A stretch of DNA of 64,000 bases, taken from NCBI GenBank assembly GCA_963674595.2, contig CAXXFV010000008.1, positions 96,001-160,000 of the forward strand, read 5' to 3'. The notes beneath the pieces were generated by a model. It was not told where the DNA came from, searched no databases, and was given only the letters and a program-made list of their open reading frames with translations. Positions 29,253-39,888 of the stretch are shown piece by piece; position 1 is the first letter of the stretch, and the number at the start of each line of letters is the position of its first letter. This stretch comes from a bacterium. Its GTDB lineage: Bacteria > Zhuqueibacterota > Zhuqueibacteria > Residuimicrobiales > Krinioviventaceae. A program made the translations under genes and the position numbers.

Positions 29253-32174
29253 TCAAACCCTCGGTGTATAAAATTCTTCGTTCAATACTATCGTATAATA
29301 AAGTCCGTTTTTGCTTTCATAATTTAGGGTGCCGTGTAATTGATATTCTACAAGATCGAAAATTGTACGAATACCAATACCCTTTTGAGTGGCAAAATCA
29401 AAATCGTCCGGCAAGCCAACGCCGTTATCTGAAATGTTTAAAATTATTTCATTTTTGGGAGAGCGAATTAGTTTTATATCAATTTTTGCATCATATCCTG
29501 GTGGGAATGCATATTTGACGGAATTGGTTATAATCTCATTTATTAAAATGCCAACCGGCATTGCCGTATCAAGCAATACGTTGATATCTTGTCCCTCAAA
29601 ATTAATTGCGATTCTGGAAGAATCAATAATATTGCTTTCTTGTAATAATTCTACAAGGCCTCTGATATACTCTTTTAAATTCAGATGTGACAAGTCCTTT
29701 GTTTCATAAAGTTTCTGATGAACAAGGGCCATTGCAAGAATTTTATTTTCAATTTCTTTAAACTTTATCTTAAATTTTTCATCATCAATCGTACGGGATT
29801 GTAGCCGAAGCATGGACGAAATAACCTGCATATTATTTTTTGTTCGATGATAAAGTTCACGAATTAGTACTTCTTTTTCTTTCAAATCATGCTGTATTTG
29901 TTTTTCAGCAATTTTAATTTCACTTATATCATGAAAAGTACCTTGTACGCGTGTATAAATTCCATTTTCCTTAATAGGATTTCCTTGAATTCTACACCAT
30001 ATTAAATTATTTTTTGCGGTTCTAAATTCAAGTTCAAGATCAAATGGTACACCAACTTTGGATGCGAATTTATGTGCCTGCTCTAATTGTTTATTGTAGG
30101 GCTCGGGAAAATGTGATAAATATTGGTCAACGGTAGGTGGTTCCTGATCAAATCCGATTTCAAATATTTCATAGAGTGCCCGGGTCCATATAGCTTTACC
30201 TGTCTCAAAATTATACTCCCACCCGCCTATTTTTGCAATAGAACCTGTTCTGTTTAATATTTCTTCACTTTTTCTCAATGCCTCTTGTGTCCGTTTCTGG
30301 CTTACAATCTCCCATGTTAAATCAATATATTTTGAAACCAATTCTGCTTCTTTATCCGAGTAATTTTCCTTTCCATTACCAATATGGACAATTGCTACGA
30401 CATTATTTTTTCTTATAATCGGTACAACCAACTCACGATGAATATCAAAATCGTCTTTGCAAAACGGAATATTTTCAGACTTGTTTGGTTGTGAGTTTTG
30501 AATGATTGGTTTTTGCTGATTCACACATGCTTGCCATGTTGATTTATCTTCAAGTTTGAAGACATGGGATTGATCACAAAACCTAATAGATTGTGAGGGA
30601 ATTTTGCTGTAATATTGTTCCAGAGTCATCGATATTTGATCTGAATTTATAAAACAATAAAAGCCAATGGAACTTTTTGTAAGCAAACTGATTTCTCGAA
30701 GGACCTTGAGCAACACGTTTTGAAGTGTATGTTCAACGGCATAAGATGCCAGGGCTAATCTTTCATCCGTTAACCATCGTTCTTTATATTCTTCACTTTG
30801 GTCTCTAAATACCAGCACAACACCAATTATTTCATTTTTTTCATTTCTAATCGGAGCACCGCTGTCCGCTATGGGTATTTCTTGATTATCTTTTGTAACA
30901 AGCAGTGTATGATTCCCAAGTCCGACAACAATTCCGTTATTAATTACTTTTGTTACAGGAGATTCAATAGGCTTTCTGGTTTTTGCACTAATGATATGAA
31001 ATACATAATCTAATGGTTTACCGATAGCTTTGTATTCTTTCCAACCTGTCAATTCTTCAGCAACAGGATTCATTAATTCAATATTACCTTTGGCATCGGT
31101 TGAAATAACGGCATCACCAATCGAATGCAGGGTAACTGAATGTTTTTCCATATTTTCCCTGAGGGCTGTTTCTGACCGATAAAGTTCCTGATAATATGTG
31201 CTTAAATTGCGTTGTTGAAGTACTTTAGCGACGACCATAATAAAACCGACAGCTACGAACATTATAACTAGTATCAGGACAGAGATAAAATGCCAATTTG
31301 CAAGTGCTTCTTTTTCATCAATTTTGACTATGAGGTACCACGGTGTATGTGAAACCGGTTGAATAGCTGCGATGACTTTTTCTTCCCGATAGTCCAAACC
31401 GGAAATGACGCCGGTTGCACCATGAATTGCTTTTACAGCCAAATGATTGGTCTGATTAACAGGAATTCTTAAACGCATCGCCGTGTTTTTTATGTGCCGC
31501 AATTCATTTAAAAACAGAACATCATTACCCTCTTTTTTTATTAAAATTGTTTCCGCCGATTTGTTGGGTGTCGGCCAGAACTTGAGAATCGGGTCGAGAT
31601 ATTCAGAGGCGTCATTAATTAGTATTACCAAGCCAATTACATTTTGTTTTTCATTAACTATTGGTGCAATGGCGCCTACAAATGTTTTCCCCGGAAATTT
31701 ATCAAGCAGAAAAAAGTCTATAAAAATTGATGTACCATTTAACAGGGCAAACCTTATTGTATCTTCGAATGCCTGATATACCTGATCAACCTCACCAATA
31801 TTTAATTCAAGATTGCCGTTTTTATTGATGAGACCTATACTAAAATAGTCATGTTGTTGCTTAATTGAATGAAAAAGCGAAGACAGTTCTTGATCAGGCT
31901 GCAATCGAGGATTGGCGTTAATATGCTGTATTTTATTTGTTAAAAATTTGATTTTGCTAATCAGTTCTGCATCAATTTCCTGATCTTTTTTCCAGGAAGA
32001 GATTTGGCTTTCTTTTATTTGAGCGATATCCAGACAGCGTAATCCGACACCACGTCGTTGTTCACTGTTTTCAGCTTTTAAAAACCAGATTCCTACCAGT
32101 AAAAGTATAAGGATTGTAATGGCAAATACGATTTGAACCCATCTGGGAAATGTTTTTTGTTTTTCCTGGCCCAA
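29253..32174 (-). CDS. Membrane sensor kinase (Cache-like/PAS/GAF/PAS, HisKA_2)
   Basis: Two TM segments; PAS TLHSIGDAVISTD; H-box RELYHRTKNNMQ; NEIITNSVKYAF; DNGVG. Confidence 0.88.
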   Translation of the reverse strand: MGQEKQKTFPRWVQIVFAITILILLLVGIWFLKAENSEQRRGVGLRCLDIAQIKESQISSWKKDQEIDAELISKIKFLTNKIQHINANPRLQPDQELSSLFHSIKQQHDYFSIGLINKNGNLELNIGEVDQVYQAFEDTIRFALLNGTSIFIDFFLLDKFPGKTFVGAIAPIVNEKQNVIGLVILINDASEYLDPILKFWPTPNKSAETILIKKEGNDVLFLNELRHIKNTAMRLRIPVNQTNHLAVKAIHGATGVISGLDYREEKVIAAIQPVSHTPWYLIVKIDEKEALANWHFISVLILVIMFVAVGFIMVVAKVLQQRNLSTYYQELYRSETALRENMEKHSVTLHSIGDAVISTDAKGNIELMNPVAEELTGWKEYKAIGKPLDYVFHIISAKTRKPIESPVTKVINNGIVVGLGNHTLLVTKDNQEIPIADSGAPIRNEKNEIIGVVLVFRDQSEEYKERWLTDERLALASYAVEHTLQNVLLKVLREISLLTKSSIGFYCFINSDQISMTLEQYYSKIPSQSIRFCDQSHVFKLEDKSTWQACVNQQKPIIQNSQPNKSENIPFCKDDFDIHRELVVPIIRKNNVVAIVHIGNGKENYSDKEAELVSKYIDLTWEIVSQKRTQEALRKSEEILNRTGSIAKIGGWEYNFETGKAIWTRALYEIFEIGFDQEPPTVDQYLSHFPEPYNKQLEQAHKFASKVGVPFDLELEFRTAKNNLIWCRIQGNPIKENGIYTRVQGTFHDISEIKIAEKQIQHDLKEKEVLIRELYHRTKNNMQVISSMLRLQSRTIDDEKFKIKFKEIENKILAMALVHQKLYETKDLSHLNLKEYIRGLVELLQESNIIDSSRIAINFEGQDINVLLDTAMPVGILINEIITNSVKYAFPPGYDAKIDIKLIRSPKNEIILNISDNGVGLPDDFDFATQKGIGIRTIFDLVEYQLHGTLNYESKNGLYYTIVLNEEFYTPRV

Positions 32175-32805
32175 TTTATTTCCTTTAATAATAGATAAGA
32201 CTTTTCTCTAACATTATATTCATTTTATGAGATCAAAAAGATTTATTTGCAGGCCGTGATTTTTTAGAAAGCAAGTAATTATTAAAAATATAATATCCAA
32301 AGTAAGTGCTGGATGAGAATTATAGATAATAAAACGATCAGTTAAATGGTATTTTTTTTACAGCTTGCTTTTTCCAATGAAATTGGTGGGAATATTAGAA
32401 ACAGGAGATCATCTGACTGCTTACAAGTCGATCTTGTCTGAAAGGCTTTGTTCAACAACCAGGATCTTCAAGCTAACTTTTATCAAACAACTTTAGGAAG
32501 AGTATTCGAGAACTATTTTTTTTGTTCTACCAATGTATTGTCTAAGTTTTAAGAATGCAAGCACAAAATCAATATTATTTAGAAATAATCCTCATATATC
32601 GAGAGTGGTATTTGACCAAAGGTCAGATAAAAAAAAGTTATTATTATAATTTTCCTTTATACAAAAATTGTACTGAAAAAATTTCAATTTAAATCCAGGA
32701 TTTTTCGAGTATATCAGATTCCATTTGCATTTCATAATAATTTTTCATACTTATAAAATCACCCCAAATCCCTAACTGTTATGCACTGGAAAAGGAGATT
32801 GCGCA

Positions 32806-34473
32806 ATGCATTGGTTGGATACGATTGTTCTTTTTAGTTACTTTATCGGTATAACGATTTTTGGCTTATGGTTGTCCCGACGTATAAAAACAAGTGATGG
32901 TTATTTCCGCGGCGAGAGAAAGTTTTCATGGTGGATTATGATGGGCCAGGCGTTTGGTACGGGAACCCACGCGGAAAATTTTGTGGCTCAAACAGGAGCT
33001 ACTTTTGGTGGTGGTTTCGCAACAATCTGGTATCAATGGAAAAATATGCTCATTACGCCATTTTATTGGCTTTTAGCCCCCTGGTACCGACGCAGTGAAA
33101 GAACAACTGTTGGCGAAATGATTGAAGATCGTTACGGCCGCAAGATGGCTTTTGTTTATTCGATTTTTGCTATCAGTTTTTTTGTTTTTTCCCAGGGTGT
33201 CATGCTTCAGGGTGCAGCCAAGGTCATTTCTGTTGCAACCGGAAACCTGATATCACCAACCGGTGTTGTTGTTGCCATGACCATTGCCTTTATTCTTTAC
33301 AGCTTTTTCGGAGGCCTCGTTGCTTCGGCTTATGCTGATTTTATTCAGGCATTTATGATTATCATTCTTTCTCTCATGTTAATTCCGTCCGGACTATATG
33401 CTGTCGGCGGGTTTTCCGGAATGCGGGCCAGTTTACCGCCGGAATTTTTCAAACTTTACAGCGAAGCAAGCGGCATGGGAGCCTTTACAATAGCCATGCT
33501 TGCCGTCAACGGAATTGTTGGAATTACGGCCCAACCGCACATGCTGTCCATGTGTGCCACCGGTAGAACCGAACGGGCCGGTCGTGTAGGGCAAACCTAT
33601 GGTTCGCTTGTCAAACGTGTTTGTACCGTCGGATGGGCTTTAACCGGTATTATCGTCGCTGCTTTGGTCGTTCAACGGGGTGTACAGTTGTCTGATCCGG
33701 AAGCGGCATTTGGGTTTGCCAGCAGAGAACTGTTGCTGCCGGGTCTTACCGGACTTATGATTGCTTCTGTTTTGGCAGCCAATATGTCCTCCTGTTCAAA
33801 CTTTATGGTAAATACAGGCGCACTTTTTACTCAAAACTTTTATAAAGAATATATAAAGCCAAATGCAGATGATAAAAACCTGCTTTGGGTTGGTCGTTTT
33901 TCCGGATTCGGTTTAACCATTCTTGGTGTTTTGTTTGCATTAACTGTTAAAAACGTTCTTCATGGTTTTCTTTTTACGGAAACAATAGCTGCCTTTATGG
34001 GTATTATTGTTTTTGGCGGCATTTTATGGAAACGCGCCAACCGATACGGCGCTTATGCCGCTGTTATTACATCTTTTGGTTTGTATTACTTTTTAAACTA
34101 TAGGATTACCGGTGAATTTATGGTTGTTTATAAATGGCAGCCCGAGCCTTTTGGCTGGACCATGCTCGCCGGATTTTTAGCATTGATTATTTTTAGTCTA
34201 ATATCAAAACCGGAAGATAAAGAAAGAATTGACAAATTTTTTGACAATATGAATCGTCTTTCTGATGAAGATTTTAAAGTCGATGGTGAAAAACCTTTGG
34301 CAAAGGACCATGGACAGGATTTATTATTTCTTGATATCGGCGGATGGTTTACAGCCGACCGTTGGAAAGGATTTTTTAACCGATACAAAGAGGATTTTTG
34401 GGGCTTTATTTTAGCGTGGGGATTAGTAGGCGTTTTAATTTTAATCGCCTGGAGTATTATGCAAATTCATTAA
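32806..34473 (+). CDS. Sodium:solute symporter family protein
   Basis: DGYFRGER, YSFFGGLVASAYADFIQ, GLMIASVLAANMSS, WKRANRYGA; AGGAG RBS. Confidence 0.9.
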   Translation: MHWLDTIVLFSYFIGITIFGLWLSRRIKTSDGYFRGERKFSWWIMMGQAFGTGTHAENFVAQTGATFGGGFATIWYQWKNMLITPFYWLLAPWYRRSERTTVGEMIEDRYGRKMAFVYSIFAISFFVFSQGVMLQGAAKVISVATGNLISPTGVVVAMTIAFILYSFFGGLVASAYADFIQAFMIIILSLMLIPSGLYAVGGFSGMRASLPPEFFKLYSEASGMGAFTIAMLAVNGIVGITAQPHMLSMCATGRTERAGRVGQTYGSLVKRVCTVGWALTGIIVAALVVQRGVQLSDPEAAFGFASRELLLPGLTGLMIASVLAANMSSCSNFMVNTGALFTQNFYKEYIKPNADDKNLLWVGRFSGFGLTILGVLFALTVKNVLHGFLFTETIAAFMGIIVFGGILWKRANRYGAYAAVITSFGLYYFLNYRITGEFMVVYKWQPEPFGWTMLAGFLALIIFSLISKPEDKERIDKFFDNMNRLSDEDFKVDGEKPLAKDHGQDLLFLDIGGWFTADRWKGFFNRYKEDFWGFILAWGLVGVLILIAWSIMQIH

Positions 34474-34482
34474 GAGAGAAAT

Positions 34483-35826
34483 ATGAATAAAATTATTATT
34501 AAAAACGCAAAGGTCGTTTTTCCCGAAGTTGTCAAGAACCGGCATATCATTATCCAGGATGGGATTATTACCTATGTCGGTGATTTCCCGGATATTGGCG
34601 ATGACGATACCGTTATAGATGCCCGCGATAAATATATTTTACCCGGATTTATTGATATACATTCTCACGGCGCTGTTGGCTTTGATGCAACAATTGGATT
34701 GTATAACAAAAGTACGGGTGAGTTTTTACTGGACCCCGAGCACTATCAATTCGGTTTGCAAAAGGCTGTTGATTTTTTTGTGAAAACAGGAACGACCAAA
34801 AAAATATTCACCACCATGGCAAGTCCGATAGAATCTCTTGAAATGGCCTTTGAGCAGATGAATGACTTTGTTCTGGATGCGAAATCGTCTTTTACAGATA
34901 TTTTTGCCGGAATTAATGTCGAAGGAACCTTTACAAAAATGGAGCAGTATAGAGGCGCTCAAAACGCGGATTATTTTTATCCGCCGACAGTAGAGCTGTT
35001 CAAGCGTTTACAAAAAACAGCAAAGGGGAAAATTAAAATTGTAAATGTTCCTCCCGAACATGGAGAGGCGGGTTTTGAATTAATTGACTATCTTAATAAT
35101 AACGATATTATTGCTGCTGCCGGACACACCGGTGCCACGGCCCAGCAATATGAAAAAGCTGTGGAACATGGATTATCGCTGGCCGTACATTTTTTAAACG
35201 GACCGACCGGCAGTTCCACCAAACCTTTCTTTGGAGGCGGAGCTGTTGAAGCGGTTTTACGCAATGCCAATGTTTTCGTCGAACTGATTGCCGATGGTTA
35301 TCACGTCAGTCCGTCCTATGTTCTCGACACAATCCGGCGTAAAGGATTTCGGAACACCATTCTTATTACAGACAGTATGTTTGTTGCCGGTATGACGGAC
35401 GTGGATACTTTTCAGGTTTGCGGTATTAACGGGAAAGTGAGTGCCAATAAAGAATATCTTCAGGTTGTTGAAAGTGAAAATACACTGTTTGGTAGTATTT
35501 TAACAATGGATAAAGCTTTTTCCAATATTTTAAATTGGCTGACCCAGCCTGTTGATGGCATCTGGCAGCCAATGCATATTCCGCATGATTTTGAATCGGC
35601 GCTGATAAATACCTCCCGGATGTGCAGTCAAATTCCTGCCAGGCTGCTGGGTATTTACCGGCCAGAGGAAAGAATAATAAATCAGGATTTGAGTGATTAT
35701 ACTGGAAGTATTGAAGTCGGAAAAAAGGCTGATATTATTATTGCTTCTATTACCCAAAAAGATACCGGATATAATCTGGAAATAGATTCTGTCTTTTTAA
35801 AAGGAGAAAAAGTGGACATGAATTAA
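34483..35826 (+). CDS. NagA-like N-acetylhexosamine deacetylase (amidohydrolase)
   Basis: PGFIDIHSHG, VEGTF, AGHTGAT, VHFLNG, IADGYHV, LITDSM, GSIEVGKKAD. Confidence 0.8.
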   Translation: MNKIIIKNAKVVFPEVVKNRHIIIQDGIITYVGDFPDIGDDDTVIDARDKYILPGFIDIHSHGAVGFDATIGLYNKSTGEFLLDPEHYQFGLQKAVDFFVKTGTTKKIFTTMASPIESLEMAFEQMNDFVLDAKSSFTDIFAGINVEGTFTKMEQYRGAQNADYFYPPTVELFKRLQKTAKGKIKIVNVPPEHGEAGFELIDYLNNNDIIAAAGHTGATAQQYEKAVEHGLSLAVHFLNGPTGSSTKPFFGGGAVEAVLRNANVFVELIADGYHVSPSYVLDTIRRKGFRNTILITDSMFVAGMTDVDTFQVCGINGKVSANKEYLQVVESENTLFGSILTMDKAFSNILNWLTQPVDGIWQPMHIPHDFESALINTSRMCSQIPARLLGIYRPEERIINQDLSDYTGSIEVGKKADIIIASITQKDTGYNLEIDSVFLKGEKVDMN

Positions 35827-35847
35827 AAATTCTTAAAGGGATTTGGA

Positions 35848-37812
35848 ATGAAAATTTTTTATACTCTATTTTTTATTTTCTATATATTTGTTTTACCGGG
35901 AAAAAGTTTTGCTGATGAGCGTAAATTATTATCAAATGAATATAGTTTAAATGATGTTCAAAATATATTGCTGGGTGTTGACGAATGGCACCCCTATCCA
36001 AAATACGGGGAAAACAATGGCTGGGACCGGTTCCCAGAGGATTTGCGAAAAACACACATCTCTCTGGGTGAACAGCAACTTGGAAAACCGTGGACCTTTT
36101 TACCGGCAACTGTTTTTCTTGAATTTCAGAGAACCGGAAACAGATCTAATTATGAAAGTTTGGCTTCCAGTCGCCGGGGACAACTGTCCAAACTGGTTTT
36201 AGCGGAAATTTTTGAACAAAAGCAGCGTTTTATTGATGATATTGTTAACGGTGTTTGGGCCATTTGTGAAGAAACATACTGGGGACTTCCTGCTCATTTG
36301 AGCCTGCAAAAAGCCGGTTTTGGTTTGCCGGACGTTATAGAACCAACAGTCGACCTTGTCGCAGCAGAAACGGCCAACTTGCTTGCCTGGACCTATTATT
36401 TTTTAGGTGAAGAACTGGACAAGGTTTCACCGCTTGTATCACAACGAATAGAGTATGAAATAGACCGCCGCATTTTAACACCAAATTTTACGCGTGATGA
36501 TTTTTGGTGGATGGGATTTGAAGGTAATCATATCAACAACTGGAATCCATGGGTTAATTCCAACTGGTTGACATGTGTTTTATTGATTGAAAAAGATAAA
36601 GACAGGCGAGATAGGGCTGTTTACAAAATTATGAAAAGTCTGGATAAATTTATCGGGATTTATCCGCAAGATGGCGGTTGTGATGAAGGACCGGCATACT
36701 GGCCAAGGGCCGGGGGTTCACTTTTTGACTGTCTGGATTTGCTGGCATCTGCTTCAAATAATAAAATAAATATTTTTGATGATCCTTTAATTAAAAATAT
36801 TGCCGCCTTTATCTATCGGGCGTATATAAACAAAAGTTATTTTATTAATTTTGCCGATGCTCCGCCGAGAGTTTCGGTTGAACCTGCCCATATATATCGT
36901 TTTGGTAAAAGCATCAACGACAGCACCATGATGCGATTTGCGGGCTTTTGTGCAAACTATCAAAGCAATGGAAAGGGATATTCCCCCCGCAGTTATGGGC
37001 GTTTGAACAGGCATTTACCGGCTCTTTTTGTGACGCAGGAAGTAAATGCAATACAGCCCCGGGAACCGAATATTAAAGATTTTTGGCTTTCCGATATACA
37101 GGTTATGGGCGCCCGTTCAAAAGATAATTCTAATAAAGGATTTTATTTGGCAGCCAAAGGTGGGCATAATGCCGAAAGTCACAACCACAACGATGTTGGG
37201 AACTTTATAGTATATTATGATGGTGAACCTCTTTTGATTGATGCCGGATCTGCGGTTTATACTAAAACAACATTCAGTGACCAGCGATATACTTTATGGT
37301 TTACCCAGTCCGGGTATCATAATTTACCTCTGTTAAATGGGGTTATGCAAAAGAACGGGCGTGAATTCGCCGTTGCAAATGCCCGGTACCATGCCGATGA
37401 TGATAAGGCCTGGTTTTTTGCAGATATTGCCGGCGCCTATCCGGATTCGGCACAAATTAAAAAATGGGAACGTAAAATTATACTGGTCCGTGATAAGCAA
37501 ATACGTCTTGAAGAAGAATATGAATTTCAGCAGGTATTACAACCTGTTGTGTTGAATTTTATGACGGCAAATAAACCTTTTGTTTCTGAAACTGATAAAG
37601 GAAAAATCAGTATTGCCGCAAAGGATAATCAGAATTCCGGAAAAGGTTTTACATTACATTATGATCATAAAAAGTTTGATGTTAATATTGAGCCAAAAAA
37701 ATTAACTGACTCCCGGATGCGCAATAGCTGGGGGGAGACTCTTTACAGGATCCGGCTTGTTGCAAAAGATAAAAACACCACAGGAAAACATATCATTACC
37801 ATTACTCATTAA
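35848..37812 (+). CDS. Heparinase II/III-family protein (secreted)
   Basis: Signal peptide; NNWNPW, DGGCDEGPAYW, NFADA, KGGHNAESHNHNDVG. Confidence 0.82.
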   Translation: MKIFYTLFFIFYIFVLPGKSFADERKLLSNEYSLNDVQNILLGVDEWHPYPKYGENNGWDRFPEDLRKTHISLGEQQLGKPWTFLPATVFLEFQRTGNRSNYESLASSRRGQLSKLVLAEIFEQKQRFIDDIVNGVWAICEETYWGLPAHLSLQKAGFGLPDVIEPTVDLVAAETANLLAWTYYFLGEELDKVSPLVSQRIEYEIDRRILTPNFTRDDFWWMGFEGNHINNWNPWVNSNWLTCVLLIEKDKDRRDRAVYKIMKSLDKFIGIYPQDGGCDEGPAYWPRAGGSLFDCLDLLASASNNKINIFDDPLIKNIAAFIYRAYINKSYFINFADAPPRVSVEPAHIYRFGKSINDSTMMRFAGFCANYQSNGKGYSPRSYGRLNRHLPALFVTQEVNAIQPREPNIKDFWLSDIQVMGARSKDNSNKGFYLAAKGGHNAESHNHNDVGNFIVYYDGEPLLIDAGSAVYTKTTFSDQRYTLWFTQSGYHNLPLLNGVMQKNGREFAVANARYHADDDKAWFFADIAGAYPDSAQIKKWERKIILVRDKQIRLEEEYEFQQVLQPVVLNFMTANKPFVSETDKGKISIAAKDNQNSGKGFTLHYDHKKFDVNIEPKKLTDSRMRNSWGETLYRIRLVAKDKNTTGKHIITITH

Positions 37813-37919
37813 AATTTATGGCAACCAATAGACACAAATTATCCTGAAAAATATAAATGACAATTAAATTAGTTTTTTAAAAATAACCGAAAATTGAATG
37901 TAAAATTCGAGGATCATAC

Positions 37920-39878
37920 ATGAAGCAATTCCAGATTGTTGTCCTGTTTTTTCTTTTGTTTTCTTTCATTGGAAAAAGCGAGGCAACCGACCGTAAGCTG
38001 TTGTCCAAAGAATACCTGATTGATGATATTCAAAACGCTCTTTCAGATGTTGATACATGGCATCCTTTTCCCAAATATGGTGAACCCGGCGGCTGGGACC
38101 AATTCCCTGAAGATGTTCGCAAAACCCATATAGCCTTGGGTGATTCCTTACTTGGAAAACCATGGACTTTTTTACCGGCGTCTGTTTTTTTAGAATTTTA
38201 TAGAAACGGGAATCGATCAAATTTTCAGAAATTAACATTTGCAAGAAGAGGTCAATTGGCAAAACTGGTTTTTGCTGAAATGTTTGAACAGAAACAACGG
38301 TTTATTGACGACATTGTCAATGGTATATGGGCGATATGTGAGGAAACATATTGGGGTATACCTGCTCATCTGGATATTCAAACAGCCGGTTACGGCCTTC
38401 CTGATGTTGAAGAGCCAACGGTTGACCTGTTTGTCTCTGAAACGGCCACACTATTGGCATGGACCTATTATTTATTAGGATCGGAATTGGAAAAGGTCTC
38501 ACCGCTTGTTACACGCCGGATCGAATATGAAATGAACAGACGTGTGTTAACACCCTGTTTTAATCGTCCTGATTTTTGGTGGATGGGATTTAATGGGGAT
38601 GTTATCAATAACTGGAATCCCTGGGTCAATTCAAGCTGGTTGACCTGTATTTTGTTGTTTGAAAAAGATCCTAACCGACGCAGTCAGGCTGTTTATCGGG
38701 TTTTGCAAAGTCTGGATAAATTTATCGAATTTTACCCGGACGATGGCGGTTGTGATGAAGGACCGGGATACTGGAAAAGGGCAGGGGGTTCTCTGTTTGA
38801 TTGTCTGGAGCTTTTGGCTTTATCTTCCAATAATAAAATTAATTTTTTTAGTGAACCGCTGGTCGCTAATATCGGTGCGTTTATTTACAAGACACATATT
38901 GATAAAAATTACTTTACAAATTTTGCTGATGCAACTCCGAAAGTAGCTGTGGAGCCTGCTCATGTTTACCGCTTTGGTAAGTGTATACATGACAGCACGA
39001 TGATGAAATTCGCTGCTTACTGTGGACAGGAGCAGAGTGAGGGAAAAGGTTACCGTCCCCGTGATTATATCCATTTTAACAGACATTTGTCTGCTCTTTT
39101 TACAATGCAGGAACTATCACAAATTCAGCCTGAAGAGCCTTTCCTGAAAGATATGTGGCTTCCTGATATTCAGTTAATGACGGCGCGATCTAGAGCTCAC
39201 TCCGGCGATGGCTTTTTTATGGCAGCAAAAGGAGGGCATAACGCCGAAAATCATAATCACAATGATGTCGGAAGTTTTATTATTTATTATGATGGGGATC
39301 CCCTTTTTATAGACGTTGGTGCTGAAGTTTATACGAGAAAAACGTTCAATAATCAACGATACACATTGTGGTTTACCCAATCCGGAAACCACAATGTTCC
39401 GGTTTTAAACGGGGAAATGCAAAAAGATGGACGTATGTATGCAGCAAAAGATATTCATTATTATGCCGACGATAAGGAAGCGTGGCTGCAGTCGGATATT
39501 GCCGGCGCTTATCCTGAGCAAGCACGTATTAAAAGCTGGATTCGCAAAATCACCCTTGTCCGCAATCAGGAAATTCGGCTGGAAGAAAGGTACGAGTTTG
39601 ATGATATTGATAAACCCGTCATACTCACTTTTATGACCTTAAATAAGCCTCAAAAAATGAGTGATGGAAAAATTTCTATTGTTGCAAAAGAAAACCAAAA
39701 TGACGGCAAGGATTTTTATTTAAATTATGATAAAAATGTGTTTGATGTAAAAATTGAGCCTGAAAATTTAACAGACGTAAAAATGTTACATAGCTGGGGC
39801 AAAATAGTTTATAAAATACAACTTGTTGCGAAAGATATGCAGAAGGCAGGAAAATACATTGTGACAATAGATCGGTAA
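37920..39878 (+). CDS. Heparinase II/III-family protein, tandem paralog
   Basis: Co-linear with the upstream gene; NNWNPW, DGGCDEGPGYW, KGGHNAENHNHNDVG. Confidence 0.82.
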   Translation: MKQFQIVVLFFLLFSFIGKSEATDRKLLSKEYLIDDIQNALSDVDTWHPFPKYGEPGGWDQFPEDVRKTHIALGDSLLGKPWTFLPASVFLEFYRNGNRSNFQKLTFARRGQLAKLVFAEMFEQKQRFIDDIVNGIWAICEETYWGIPAHLDIQTAGYGLPDVEEPTVDLFVSETATLLAWTYYLLGSELEKVSPLVTRRIEYEMNRRVLTPCFNRPDFWWMGFNGDVINNWNPWVNSSWLTCILLFEKDPNRRSQAVYRVLQSLDKFIEFYPDDGGCDEGPGYWKRAGGSLFDCLELLALSSNNKINFFSEPLVANIGAFIYKTHIDKNYFTNFADATPKVAVEPAHVYRFGKCIHDSTMMKFAAYCGQEQSEGKGYRPRDYIHFNRHLSALFTMQELSQIQPEEPFLKDMWLPDIQLMTARSRAHSGDGFFMAAKGGHNAENHNHNDVGSFIIYYDGDPLFIDVGAEVYTRKTFNNQRYTLWFTQSGNHNVPVLNGEMQKDGRMYAAKDIHYYADDKEAWLQSDIAGAYPEQARIKSWIRKITLVRNQEIRLEERYEFDDIDKPVILTFMTLNKPQKMSDGKISIVAKENQNDGKDFYLNYDKNVFDVKIEPENLTDVKMLHSWGKIVYKIQLVAKDMQKAGKYIVTIDR

Positions 39879-39888
39879 AGGAGAGACT

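Noticed and set aside
32175-32805. 630-nt divergent intergenic region; CAAAGCC on the minus strand suggested a c-di-GMP-I riboswitch
   Set aside because: The GCAAAC/GAAA/GACGCAAAG core and pairing are absent; no convincing ORF or structure found
35848-39878. Tandem heparinase genes as an assembly duplication
   Set aside because: The copies differ at many synonymous and non-synonymous sites throughout, so they are diverged paralogs
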